Both the position numbers and the translations under genes were made by a program. Of a stretch of DNA of 64,000 bases, positions 41,250 to 54,619 are shown in pieces (position 1 is the first letter of the stretch; each line of letters starts with the position of its first letter). Below the pieces are notes generated by a model. It did no database searches. It was not told where the DNA came from and saw nothing but the letters and a program-made list of their open reading frames with translations. Origin of the DNA: Octopus vulgaris (lineage: Eukaryota); contig OX597815.1 of NCBI GenBank assembly GCA_951406725.2, positions 48,794,001 to 48,858,000 of the forward strand. Reading direction: 5' to 3'.

Positions 41250-41850
41250 AGGAATTGAGATGTACATTGCAACTGAAATCCAGGAATATTTTGAGGTAGC
41301 AAAATCTTGCTACAACATGATCCTACGGGATTTCGTGAAGCCCATTGTTTGTATAGACCGGTTAGTAGTCTTGGTAGGATGGAAATGTGCAAAAATAATC
41401 TTCTGAGATGGAAGTTATGATCCTGAAAATGAAAGGAGCTATATGTTCGAGTGGAACACAAGCGTTTGACTCTGATGGGTCTAAAAAAAATGAATGTCCC
41501 GCCTGAATAACGAAAATTGGCAAATGTTCTGACAAAAGAAACTCGTCAGTTTTACTAGTTCAACATACAACTACAAATGCAATGGTTGGACACATTGTCA
41601 GCATTCTATCCTGGAGTCACTAGGTGTTTCGGTTCTTACAAGCCTACTCTCTAATCAAGATGACCCGACTTATGTTGATCTAGCATTGACCTGTGTTCAA
41701 TCAGCATTGTACTGATCTCACTAATCATCACTTTTCGGTCAGAGCTATCTAGACGCTTTCTCGGGAATCTTCTCGTTGTTCTTAACGGCTCTTCTGCTCG
41801 TTCGTGCAATGCTCACAGTTTCATAGGCCTCACTTAGAATACGACCGGCA
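41250..41850 (-). pseudogene. Very old mariner-like transposase fossil
   Basis: Fragments LDSSDRKVMISEISTML, EPKHL and DFATSKY loosely echo mariner DRRITVREI, VPK.L and SPDLAPSDY. Confidence 0.3.
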
Positions 41851-42576
41851 CCCACGACCTCCAACAGTACCTGGCAAATATCACGTTCTCCACTTATTCT
41901 TGCGACATTCATACACCAACACCTTATGCTCGGTTCTCTTTTAAGAAAAAGATGTGTATGGTACAGTAAGAGAGACAGCTAAGCACCACCTTAAAGAGTT
42001 TTAGTCGAACAAATCGATCCTAGGACTTATTTTCTAAGCCTAGTACTTATTCTAGCGGTCTCTTTTGCTGGTCTCTTTTGCAGTAAGAGAGACAGCTGAC
42101 ATCGGAAACCATCGCGGGGAATGAAATTAAAAGCATGCTGATAAATGATGGGCGGAAAAAATTTTTTAATCACTTAAAAATATAAACGTAATGAGAAATT
42201 GATATCAAAAGGCGCCAGATAAAGAACTCGCGAAATTTCAATCGACAAATATGCACGTCTTTAACAAATTCCTAACTCTGGTGTCAAGTTGAGATTGCAA
42301 ATAATGAACGTTATACATTTGCATTTTCGAAAAATTTTTAGAACTATCAATTAATGAGCGTCTTGTTTACTGGGATATATGGTGGGTGTCTCATAATGAT
42401 GGAACATATTTTAATGGTTATGTATAATACACTTTCTTTAATAAATATACTCCTTCCAGTCCTTGTTACTAGCGTTTAAAATCTGTCCTATCATTATGAG
42501 ACACTTTCGTAGTTATTATTCTAAGCTTGTCCTTTTCTTTGTACCAAGTTTCGACGACATTGTTTACGGGATGTGC

Positions 42577-42778
42577 TCTTTTATTCTTTTACTCTTTTAC
42601 TTGTTTCAGTCATTTGACTGTGGCCATGCTGGAGCACCACCTTCAGTCGAGCAAATCGACCCCAGGATTTATTCTTTGTAAGACTAGTACTTATTCTATC
42701 GGTCTCTTTTACCGAACCGCTAAGTTACGGGGACGTAAACACACCAGCATCGGTCGTAAACGATGTTGGGGGGACAAA

Positions 42779-42860
<82 letters not shown>

Positions 42861-43026
42861 TACGATTCGCGTCTTTCAGTTTCCGTCTACCATATCCACT
42901 CACAATGCTTTGGTTGGCCCGAGGCTATAGTAGAAGACACTTGCCCAAAGTGCCACGCAGTGGGACTGGACCCGGAACCATGTGGTTGGTAAGCAGGCTA
43001 CTTACCACACAGCCACTCCTACACCT
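42577..43026 (-). mobile_element. Full-length SINE A with internal (TA)n/(TG)n
   Basis: Complete head (A box tggctgtgtggta, B box gggtccagtcc), body and tail. Confidence 0.92.
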
Positions 43027-43607
43027 ATGCTATCTAAATAATCATTTGCTTTTGATTGTGATATCATGTTTGTGATGTGACGCTGATTGAGAAATAAAGT
43101 ATCTAACAGTCTATATTTGTTGTATTGTCTGTATGTCCTTTTTTGGAATTAGGTCTTTGTTGAAAATACTATTTTCTAGCTACACCACAATTTGTTTACT
43201 CTTATGCTGTTACTTGTAGTAATAAACTGGTGAATTCCTGGGCAGCGTTTTATATATTAACGCTGTGAACACCGCCTGACTGAATGGCACTGCCGAGGTG
43301 TCGAAACTATAGTGATATACGTTTGAGCGGCTGATGACGGAAATCCACATATATTATGCTCGATTGTGAATTTCTCATATCTTGATCTCATTATTCTCGG
43401 TTGTCCATTTTGTGAAGTGGAAAGTGTTGCTGGATTCATAGTCTTTGTGGATCACTTACTTTGGTATTGTTTGCTTTTCTAAATAGGTAACCTAAATAGG
43501 CTCGCACAAGGATTAGATATTGGTGTCTAGTTTTTGGAGGTTCTGTGGCATATGTATGCGCGTGTATGTGTTGTGTGTGTGCGCACGCGTGCACGTATGT
43601 GTTATGA

Positions 43608-43677
<70 letters not shown>

Positions 43678-43784
43678 ACAATTCCGTTAAAAACATCGAT
43701 GTTTCCCAGGAATGAATATTGACTGTCAACGTACATTGTACTTTGAAGTTCTGACAACAATTTACCATTGATTTCGGAAAAACT

Positions 43785-44165
43785 TTAGACACAGAGACCA
43801 ACCACCATGTAGAAATTGGCAAGCAACTTTAAGTGGAAGCTGAAGAAGACGATGACCATTAAGTTTTAATATGTCACACTAACAAAACCGAGAAAAGTGG
43901 AGTTGCTGCAGCTGAACACATGAAGATCCAACAGGAAGTCATCAAAGACGAATAAGCGATTGAGAAACCCCTAAAGTTCACTCGTAGGTAGAATGTTGAA
44001 GATTTTAGTACGACTGAAAAGGCATTAATTTCTTTAGTTTCAGAAACCAAATATCCACTCAAAAAAACTTATGAAAGTATAAGCAGATGTTAGCGAAGAT
44101 TGCCTGCGACAAGAAAACTTAAGAAAAGAGCAAAATAATAACATCTCCTGATGAGTATTTTGTTT
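43785..44165 (+). pseudogene. Possible Tigger/pogo transposase C-terminal fossil
   Basis: VEIGKQL*VEAEEDD...ELLQLN...FSTTEKAL...TSPDEYF resembles the Tigger C-terminus; heavily decayed. Confidence 0.35.
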
Positions 44166-44797
44166 TATATTTAGAGAGTTGAGACGGGCCACAAGAGGCA
44201 GGACATGTAAGTACAAAAGACGTTTGTATCTATTGGTGGTTATGTAATCTTTAAAGCCATCCCTAGCGTCTGTCTCTCAAACTCAAGTGACATTCCATCT
44301 TCAACTTCTTTTCTATTATTGATCTAACTGTAACATCTTTACAAGCGAAATCAGTACCAGCCAGCAAGGCAATGTCTAAAATACTTAAGAGTATAGAACC
44401 ATTATCAGGTAACACTGTGTAACACGATTTTTGTCCTTGGGTAGCAACTGTTATTTCCTATTTGCTTACCCCCTAGACAGTATGAAAAATGGCTAATATT
44501 TTCTTCAAAAATTTGCTTTTGTAACATTATTTATACCCCCAAAGAATCACTCTCAATATATGGCTATGATGCTCCCACACTACTCCTGTTTGTGATCAGA
44601 GATGCATATAATGTTAGCCAAGTGGAAATGGCCAAGTGGTTAAGGTAAAGCAGCTCACAAGCAAATCTGTGGTATTTGAGGAGAATATCTGCTATAACGA
44701 TATTTGTGCTTCAGCAACTCAGCGCTGAATCTGCCTGAAATGTAATGAAAAATAGGTCACAAAAGCAAACTATCAAGGGAATAGTAATCATTCATTT

Positions 44798-44835
<38 letters not shown>

Positions 44836-44973
44836 TATACTACATTTAATTAGAGGATATGTTACTCGTAACCACGTGAAGGGATGGTTGCATCCAGGGA
44901 AATACTGGTTCAATACCTAGTATTTTTGAGGAATGAAATTCCCTTAAAACCAACAGGTATATATTAAGCATAT

Positions 44974-45400
44974 AGCTTATATCCACTTAAAAGAAGAAAA
45001 GAAAGTGGAGATAAGGAAGTTAATAATTGCTTATTATTAACAAATTGGTCATCTTCACTTCTTGCAGCCATTTCAATTAATACTCTGTAATTTAATTACA
45101 GATTTGTACATCAAATTTACATTTATGTGACATGAGTATAATTTCATCAAAGAAATAAATATGTACCTTTGGATGTTATCGATAGGCCCACATATAACAT
45201 CCAAAGGTACGTTTTTTTTTACTCTGATGAAATTATAGTAATGTCACATAAATGTAAATTTAATGTACAAATTTGTAATTGAATTATTGCGTATTAATTG
45301 AAAAGGATGTAAGAAGCAAAGATGATCAATTTGTTAATAATAGACAATTATTAACTTCCTCATCTCCATTTTCTTTTCTTCTTTTAAATGGATATAAACT
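44974..45400. repeat. ~427-bp imperfect palindrome (foldback)
   Basis: Centre gtacctttggatgttat-(14 nt)-ataacatccaaaggtac. Arms pair out to ttatatccacttaaaagaagaaaagaaa / tttcttttcttcttttaaatggatataa. Confidence 0.9.
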
Positions 45401-45454
45401 CTCTTTGTACATGTACATACATACATACATATATACATACATACATACATACAT

Positions 45455-45513
<59 letters not shown>

Positions 45514-45514
45514 T

Positions 45515-45840
45515 CTGTTTTACTTACTTCAGTCATTAGACTGTGGCCAAGCTGGGGCTCCGCTTGGAGAATTTTAGTCGAACAAATCAATCCCAGTGCT
45601 TTCTTTTAAGCCTGGTACTTATTTTGTAGGTCTCTTTTGACGTATTGCTATGTTAAAGGGACGTAAACACGCAAGCACCGATTGTTCAACGGTGGTAGGG
45701 GGCAAACGCAATCACAAAGGCATCCTCACCATACACACATATAGGCCAAAGTAGAAGACACTTGCCTAAGATGTCACGCAGTGAGACTGAACCCAGAGCC
45801 ATGTGGTTGGGAAGCAAGTTTCCCACCACTCAGCCACGTC
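45515..45840 (-). mobile_element. SINE A, diverged and internally deleted
   Basis: ttcagtcattagactgtggcc...agtagaagacacttgcctaag...gactgaacccagagccatgtgg. Confidence 0.75.
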
Positions 45841-45864
45841 AGTGCATATGTACACACACACACA

Positions 45865-45918
<54 letters not shown>

Positions 45919-46540
45919 GATATATATATGTATATATTGCTGGCGACACGAGAATTTAATAAATTCTCGAGAGAACGTGAAATATGTCTCACTTCGGAAG
46001 AGTGGATCTCGATGTACATAAAGCTATAAATAATAACATGTAAATATTGGTTTATAAAGCCCTTACGTGTTTATATTCTTGAATGTGATAAAGTGTAGAA
46101 TTAGATTAGTATCTTGCTTCCAGCTACAGTGTTTTTGCCAGAATTTGGAAAATAAGGCAGATTCTCCCCCACCCTACTCCACCCACTTATTTTGTGATTT
46201 AGGGGAGATTTTTGAAAAACAAGGGAGAATTCGCGGTGGTGTTCAGTGAACAAATGAAACGCACTACGCGGCAGTGGCTAAAACGCGAACCGAAGAAGTT
46301 TATGTATAAGTTTTCTTTTTATATGTTTGTTTCCTTTCACACAATATCAAAACAACGGCTAAAACTTTTCTGAAGCAACACCCTCACTAATTTTATCTAT
46401 GAGCCGCCATTGTATATATATATATATATTCTTTCATCGGTCTTTTTGCCGAAGTGCTAGTTTACGGAGACGTAAACGCACCAACACCGGCTGTCAGGCA
46501 GTAATGGAGGGGGTGGGGACAAACGTAGACACAAAGACAA

Positions 46541-46573
<33 letters not shown>

Positions 46574-46940
46574 CGTATATATACCACAGGCATGCATCCC
46601 CCAAAAAGGTTTTCAACCCAATATTTAAATGCTGTTAGTTATAGCTTTATGTGTTTCGAGATACATTGTTCCAAAGTATAAATTATAGTGTGCGTGTGTA
46701 TTAGAGAATGAGAACCGTTATATGAGGTGGACGTACAGTTTACCTACAATGCATTTGCAGGTCTAATTCGCGTCAATTTCGAAATAACCATCTTTTGTTT
46801 TTTTATTTCGAAGCATGCTTTTCTTCTCTTTCGCATATTCCATTATCAGAATCCACAATTATCTAACTCTTACCTCTTTTATTTTTGATCGATACCAATA
46901 AATTCTTACTGTATGTGATGAATCAAACCAAATTGGCTAC

Positions 46941-47231
46941 ACATACATACATACATACATACATACATACATACATACATACATACATACATACATACAT
47001 ACATACATACATACATACATACATACATACATACATACATACATACATACATACATACATACATACATACATACATACATACATACATACATACATACAT
47101 ACATACATACATACATACATACATACATACATACATACATACATACATACATACATACATACATACATACATACATACATACATACATACATACATACAT
47201 ACATACATACATACATACATACATACATACA
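46941..47231. repeat. Perfect (CATA)n, ~290 bp
   Basis: Directly visible; contiguous with the 3' tail of the SINE at 47233. Confidence 0.95.
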
Positions 47232-47232
47232 T

Positions 47233-47626
47233 GGGATGGATGGAAGCACTCCGTCGGTTACGACGACGAGGGTTCCGGTTGATCCGAATCAACGGAGCAG
47301 CCTGCTCGTGAAATTAACGTGTAAGTGGCTGAGCACTCCACAGACACGTGTACCCATAACGTAGTTCTCGGGGATATTCAGCGTGACACAGAGAGTGACA
47401 AGGCCGGCCCTTTGAAATACAGGTACAACAGAAACAGGAAGTAAGAGTGAGAGAAAGTTGTGGTGAAAGAGTACAACAGGGATCACCACCATCCCCTGCC
47501 GGAGCCTCGTGGAGCTTTTAGGTGTTTTCGTTCAATAAACACTCACGACGCCCGATCTGGGAATCGAAACCGCGATCCTATGACCGCGAATCCGCTGCCC
47601 TAACCACTGGGCCATTGCGCCTCCAC
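47233..47626 (-). mobile_element. tRNA-derived SINE (body 1 + tail Y), young
   Basis: Minus strand: gtggaggcgcaatggcccagtggttagggc...ggtttcgattcccaga...aaaacacctaaaagctccacgagg...gaaccctcgtcgtcgtaaccgacggagtgc. Confidence 0.9.
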
Positions 47627-47867
47627 GTATACATACATACATACATACAGAAACACATACATACGCACGTACGTACAAACGCATGTATATACATACATTA
47701 ATACATACATGCATACGAACAGGCACACACACACGTTCCTGCACAACACACACACACATGCATATGTCTATTTGAAAATACATAAGTGTATGTATATGCA
47801 TATACATATACATACATATATGTATACATACACACTTATGTGTATGTATGTGTATATATATATTTAT

Positions 47868-48387
47868 AGGCGCAGGATTGGCTGTATGCTAAGTAGCTTG
47901 CTTACCAACCACATGGTTCCGGGTTCAGTCCCACTGCGTGGCACGTTGGGCAAGTGTCTTCTACTATAGCCCCGGGCAGACCAAAGCCTTGTGAGTGGAT
48001 TTGGTAGACGGAAACTGAAGGAAGCTCGTCGTACATATGTATATATATACGTATGTGTATATATATGTTTGTCCCCACAACGTTGCTTGACAACCGATGG
48101 TGGTGTGTTTACGTCCCCGTAAGTTAGCGGTTCGGCAAAAGAGACCGATAGAATAAGTACTAGGCTTCCAAAGAATAAGTCCCAGGGTCGATTTGCTCGA
48201 CTACAGGCGGTGCTCCAGCATGGCCACAGTCAAATGACTGAAACAATTAAAAGATTAGAAGAGTTTATTGATAGAATAAGTACTACGCTTACGAAGAATA
48301 AGTCCTAGGGTCGAGTTGTTCGACTAAAAGTAATGCTCCAGCATGGCCGCAGTCAAATGACTTGAACAAATAATAGAATCAAAGAAT
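47868..48387 (+). mobile_element. Full-length SINE A plus a duplicated 3' tail (48270-48387)
   Basis: gatagaataagtact...cagcatggcc.cagtcaaatgact occurs twice. Confidence 0.9.
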
Positions 48388-48412
48388 ATTGCATATAGAT
48401 ACATATATGAAT

Positions 48413-48447
<35 letters not shown>

Positions 48448-48499
48448 TGCATGTATGCATATCAATATATACTGTCCTCTAAATTACGCGAAAATAACA

Positions 48500-48612
48500 C
48501 CGACATCTCATTTTAACAGATATATTTACCAAAATGACATAAAGATATCTTGAAATACTAAAGAGTAAATTTAGTCAATAAAATTGCCATTGGCTTCAAC
48601 TACGGCCTTCAG
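48500..48612 (-). mobile_element. DD37D/Tc1-like transposon 3' fragment
   Basis: Minus translation LKAVVEANGNFID* is a typical Tc1/maT C-terminus. Confidence 0.5.
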
Positions 48613-48677
48613 TACATGTGTGTGAGTGTATTTGTGTGTGTGTGTGTGTGTGTGTGTGTATGAGTGTGTGTGTGTAT

Positions 48678-48718
<41 letters not shown>

Positions 48719-49018
48719 TGTCTTTGGGTCTGTGTTTGTTTCCTCACCGCTTGACAACTGATTTTAGTGTGTTACCGTCCTCGAGTCCTAGCGGTCCGAT
48801 AATAAAGATCGAAAAAATAAGCAACCACCTAAAAAATTTTTTTTTAATGAATGTGCCCTATTATTGGTTCATTCACCTAAAAATTCTTCAAGCTGGTGCC
48901 CCAGAGTAGCCGCAGTCTTTTAACAGAAACAAATAAAAGATAAAAGATATGCACATGTCCTCATACACAGGTGTGTATGTATGAATGTAAATGTATAACA
49001 ATATGCATGAACATATAT

Positions 49019-49410
49019 GGCGGAGAGCTGGCAGAAACGTTAGCACACCGGGTGAAATGCTTAGCAGTATTTCGTCTGCCGCTACGTTCTGAGTTCAAAT
49101 TCCGCCGAGGTCGACTTTGCCTTTCATCCTTTCGGGGTCGATTAAATAAGTACCAGTTACGCACTGGGATCGATATAATCGACTTAATCCGTCTGTTTGT
49201 CCTTGTTTGTCCTCTCTGTGTTTAGCACCTTTTGGATAGTAAAGAAATAGGTATTTCGTCTGTCTTTACGTTCTGAGTTCAAATTCCGCCGAGGTCGACT
49301 TTGCCTTTCATCCTTTCGGGGTCGTTAAATTAAATACCAGTTGCGTGCTGGAGTCGATTTAATCAACTGCCCCCCCCCCCCAAGCCTTGTGCTTAGAGTA
49401 GTAAAGAATA
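49019..49410 (+). mobile_element. Dimeric SINE B (T1 unit + T2 unit) within one TSD
   Basis: TSD catgaacatata at 49006-49017 and 49413-49424. Second unit starts at gtatttcgtc (~49251). Confidence 0.9.
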
Positions 49411-49832
49411 TTCATGAACATATAATCAAACGACTTAGGCCAGTTAAACACGAACCAGCAGTCATTTGATTCGCGTAGATTGATTTATCATATACACACA
49501 GTTCTATTATTTTCTCTGACCGATTCCAAAGGTAGGTTAAATGGTAAAACACTCTTCTTAGAATCCAAAGAATTACCTTCCTTCACCCACATGGCCTCTT
49601 GTATATTTATTGACATATTTGTATATTTAATTAACGAATTATTTGTATATTTTAGTTGAATACATATGCTGTCTGGTAATTGAATATTCAAGCACGCATA
49701 CTCCCACTTGCGCCCTACACCCACATACACATATACATACCAACATGCATGTGTATGTGTGTACAAATAAAACTATGTATATGTGTACATATAAATATGT
49801 ACATTTACAGACACACACACACACACACGCAT

Positions 49833-49877
<45 letters not shown>

Positions 49878-49981
49878 CATATATACACACACACACATCT
49901 CTCTTTATCTCCTTATATATATATGTGTATACACATATATCTCTGTGTGCATGTATGTATGTATGTATGTATGTATGTATG

Positions 49982-50052
<71 letters not shown>

Positions 50053-50348
50053 CAAGAACAATCTTACTTAGAAATGGATGCGTGCGTTCCGTCATATAAT
50101 ATATTAATAAATAAAACATATGCATATATATACATATATGTACGTTCCTACCTCTACATGTATATATACACGCATATATGGGTACAGGACACCAAAAAAA
50201 CGTCGAACACAACGAGAAACGAAAACATAAACACAAAAAACAAGGAACTGGACATTTTTCTTAAACAACAAAAATATAGAGTACAGGACAAATAACACAA
50301 GGAAAATTCCCCTTCTTCAGTCGCCATGGTTTCATCTACTCTGCGTAG

Positions 50349-50382
<34 letters not shown>

Positions 50383-50383
<1 letters not shown>

Positions 50384-50775
50384 CTTTTATTTTCTTATTC
50401 TTTTACTTGTTTCACTCATTTGACTGCAGCCATGCTGGAGCACCGCCTTTAGCCGAACAAATCAACCCCAGGACTTATTCTTTGTAAACCTAGTACGTCC
50501 CGTCTCATTTACTGAACCGGGTACGTGAACACACCAACATCGGTTATCAAGCGACGGTGGGGGGACAAACACAGACACACACGCACAGACAGACAGACAC
50601 ACTCACACACACATTTATATATACGACGGGCTTCTTTCAGTTTCCGTCTACCATTCACAAGGCTTTGTTCGGCCCGAGGCTACAGTAGAAGACACTTGCT
50701 CAAGGTGTTACGCAGTGGGACTGAACCCGGAACCATGTGGTTGGGAAGCAAGCTTCTTACTACACAGTGACGCCT
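50383..50775 (-). mobile_element. SINE A
   Basis: Colinear with other A copies. Confidence 0.85.
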
Positions 50776-50783
50776 GTGACTAT

Positions 50784-50814
<31 letters not shown>

Positions 50815-51243
50815 ATGCATGTATATAAATATATACATACATACGTGTATGCAAAACGTAAACTATTACACGCATACACACACGCACACACACACACACA
50901 TACACATGCACACACATGCACACAGAATGAGTTGAGAATATAAATTTTCTGAACAAATAATCCCCTAATTAAGCACGCTCTGCAAGGAGAACATGTAGTT
51001 AAATATCGGCCACCCGCCTTAATGTAGTGGGTCCAAATTAGTGTGATGTTCTAGGTTTGTCTTTGTGCTTAAGACTTTCATTTTGCGACCAAGTGGTTGC
51101 GGGTTCAATCCTACAACGTGGCACGTTATGCAAATGTCTTCTATTCTATAAATCCCGAGCCGACGATTACCTTTATGTTAGTGGGTATTTTGCTCTGGTT
51201 AAGTTTAGAATTATTTGTTTGTCTATGTGTGTGAATGTGAGTG

Positions 51244-51280
<37 letters not shown>

Positions 51281-51540
51281 GTGCGTGTGTTTTGTTAGAG
51301 GGAGTATATATAGCTATTTGCTCTTTTTTTGTTGCTTTATTATTGTTATTGGCTGTGATTATTCACATTGAAATCATCTGTTACGTTAAAGAGAGTCAAG
51401 CATTTGCAGGTTCAAAACGAAAAGAGGGCAAAATTTATTATCAAAAACTTGGTGGCTCTGATTTCCTGTGTCAGGGGTTCGTCAAATAATCGCTTGAATA
51501 TTTCTTGAACTAAGTGAAATTTTAAGACAAAATGAACCAC

Positions 51541-51599
<59 letters not shown>

Positions 51600-51706
51600 A
51601 CGGCTCTAAGGAATTTTTCACTCTTATTTCTAGCAATGTAGGCGCTACCCTGCACCGTCAGTCACAATTAGTGACAACTGAACTGTTTTTGCTCTTATAT
51701 TGCGTA

Positions 51707-52031
51707 TAGGCGCCTTCGTTAGATATAACTGTGTGTCACCTTGGGCAAGTGTTTTCTAATGTTAGCTTCAGGCCGCCCAAAACCTTGTGAGTGGATTTGG
51801 TTGACGGAAACTGAAAGAAGACCATCATAAATATAGATGCATATGTTTGTGTGTCTGTATTTGTCTCCCCACTATCGCTAGACAACCGATGTCAGTGTGT
51901 TTACGTTCCCGGCAAAAGATATCGATAGAATAAGTACTAGGCTTACAAAAAATATGCCCTGGGGTCGATTTGTTCGACTAAAGGTGGTGTTCCATCATGG
52001 CTGCAGTAAAATTACTGAAACAAATAAAAGA
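51707..52031 (+). mobile_element. SINE A, diverged
   Basis: caccttgggcaagtgt...ccttgtgagtggatttggttgacggaaactgaaagaag...actgaaacaaataaaag. Confidence 0.75.
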
Positions 52032-52102
52032 ATATGTGTGTGTGTGTGCGTAAAGACAGACGAAATATCGTTAAGCATTTCACCTGGTGTGCTAACGTTT
52101 CT

Positions 52103-52334
52103 TATTTATTTATTGCCCACAAGGGGCTAAACATAGAGGGGACAAACAAGAACAGACAAACGGATTAAGTCGATTACATCGACCCCAGTGCATAACTGGT
52201 ACTTATTTAATCGACCCCGAAAGGATGAAAGGCAAAGTCGACCTCGGCAGAATTTGAACTCAGAACGTAACGGCAGACGAAAAACCGCAAAGCATTTCGC
52301 CCGGCGTGCTAACGTTTCTGCCAGCTTGCCGCCT
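52103..52334 (-). mobile_element. SINE B (T1)
   Basis: Near-consensus; minus-strand tail gtcccctctatgtttagccccttgtgggcaataaa. Confidence 0.9.
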
Positions 52335-52344
52335 TCTATGTACG

Positions 52345-52555
52345 TCTTTTATTTTTTAATTGTTTCAGTAACTGGACAGCAGCTATGCTGGGACAGCGCC
52401 TAAAAGACCCTTGTACTTGTTCTCTTTTTAAGTCAGGTACTTATTCTGTCGGTCTCTTTTGCAGAACCGTTCAGTTTCGGGTACCTAAACTAATCAATGT
52501 CGCTTGGCAAGCGCTGGTCGAAGACAAACACAAAAACACAGATATATAAACTTAT

Positions 52556-52591
<36 letters not shown>

Positions 52592-52758
52592 ACACACACA
52601 CAAGTGTGACTAGCTTCAGCTTCTGTCTACCAAATCGATTCACAAGGCTTTGGTTGGCCCAAGGCTATAGTAGAAAACGCTTGCCCAAGATGCCGCGTAA
52701 TGAGACTGAACCCAAGACCACATGGTTGAGAAGCAAGCTTCTTAACCACACAGCTACG
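52345..52758 (-). mobile_element. SINE A, diverged
   Basis: gtcggtctcttttgcagaaccg...cacaaggctttggttggcccaaggctatagtagaa...cttaaccacacagc. Confidence 0.8.
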
Positions 52759-53241
52759 CGAAAATAAAGTTAATGTATTAACCGGTTTAACCCCATCGTG
52801 TGCTCTCTCGCGGCAGATGTGGTGTCAAGCGAAAGCATCAATGTTAGGTTTCAGATTTGAAGATAACTTCCTTTCGTTCTTTCTTACATTAGTCATAGAG
52901 GTCCCGAAAAGGGTCATAGATTCTACTCTTCTAATATTCCTACAAAAGATACCTACAATTTACACACACACATGTTCTACATGCATCTACAGATGCAATA
53001 TGTAAGGATGCGCTCAGAAACACATGCAAACACTTATATAGAACAGCGAGTGGATGCGTGTATGTACGCATACACACGTGAACTATCGCCTTACATACAT
53101 TGTCTTTCAGTTTCAGGCGTATATCCGGATATACAATTACTTATTTTTATATCCCGATATCATAATACGTAACATGTACAACAGTGCGTGTAGTTAGACC
53201 TAACATAGTTATACAGACGCACGCAAACGTACTCACAAAAT

Positions 53242-53439
53242 CATACATACATACATACATACATACATGCATGCATGCATACATACATACGTACATACAT
53301 ACATACATACATACATACATACATACATACATACATACATACATACATACATACATACGTACATACATACATACATATATACATACATACATACATGTAT
53401 GCATGCATACATACATACATACATACATACATACATACA

Positions 53440-53473
<34 letters not shown>

Positions 53474-53480
53474 CATACAT
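53242..53480. repeat. (CATA)n microsatellite
   Basis: Directly visible. Confidence 0.95.
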
Positions 53481-53814
53481 AGGCACACATGTACATATAC
53501 ATACACATAGATATACGAAGATGTCGAAATACGAGAAATTAACTGAGTCAACGAGAATGCCTTTCCCTCCCTGGGTGGTAACGTGCCCTTGTGGGTATCG
53601 TGAGCTCACAAGGGGCGCTATGGGAGTGCTGGGTGCAGCTCCATCTTAAGGCATGGGGACGGATCTAGGGGCTTGCTGTCAATAAATAAATATTAGAGGG
53701 CCCAGTGCAGAGATTTTCTCGGTGGGGTCTATGATACTGTTGCGACAACCCTGGTTGGGGTTTTAGGAGGACCGTGATTAATCTTAGAAATAAAATAATT
53801 AAACCATTTAGTGT

Positions 53815-54150
53815 AAAGGTGCGTCGCTTAATGGTTAGGATATTTGTCTCAAATCGTGAGTTCGATACCCGAGAGTGCGTTGTATCCTTGAATAAGACAT
53901 TTTATTTCACGTTACTCTTGTCCTCTTATCTGGGGAGAGTGAGTATTAACTGTACTTCAAAGGGCCAGACTTGTCCCATTCTGTGTCATGCTGAATGTCC
54001 CATTCTGTGTCATGCTGAATGTCCCTGAAAATTACATTAAGGTTACGCGTGTCTGTGGAGTAGCCAGGCACTTGTACGTCAATTTCGCATGTAGGCTGTT
54101 CTGTTGATCGGATGAACTGGAACATTTTTCGTCCAAACTAACAGAGTGCC
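53815..54150 (+). mobile_element. SINE (body 2 + tail Y) with a 24-bp internal tandem duplication
   Basis: cttaatggttagg...gagttcgatacc...tatccttgaataagacattttatttcacgtt; tgtcccattctgtgtcatgctgaa occurs twice. Confidence 0.75.
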
Positions 54151-54619
54151 AGTTTATTTAAACCAAATATAATACTTATTATATCTTAAATACATTTTCC
54201 AAACATAAATAATAAATAAATAAATAAAATCTTCGAGTGAAAATATGAGAAACGTTTTGTTTTTAGTGAGCAGAAATCTGAGCGATGATGTACCAAGGAC
54301 CATACAAGTGTCCAAAAAGAGATATTAGTCTACGCAAATACTGAAACAGTGAGCAGCATAGTGGACGAGATGTTATCAGAAACTATGGATAATGAAGCAT
54401 TATATTTCTGTTTGATGAAAGTAGGAGCAAACGTGGCTGTGTGGTAAGAAGCTAGTTTCCGTACAACATGGTTCCTAGTTCAGTCCCAATGTGTGGGACT
54501 TCGGCCAAGTGTCTTCTACTATAGCTTCGGGCCGACCAAGTCTTGTGTGTGGATTTGATAGACAGAAACTGAAAGAAGCCCGACGAATATACATACATAC
54601 ATACATATATTCAATATGT

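Noticed and set aside
47545-47626. tRNA-like sequence (also heads at 900-976, 15290-15365, 8560-8630)
   Set aside because: A and B boxes run directly into SINE bodies and there is no proper acceptor stem; these are SINE heads, not tRNA genes.
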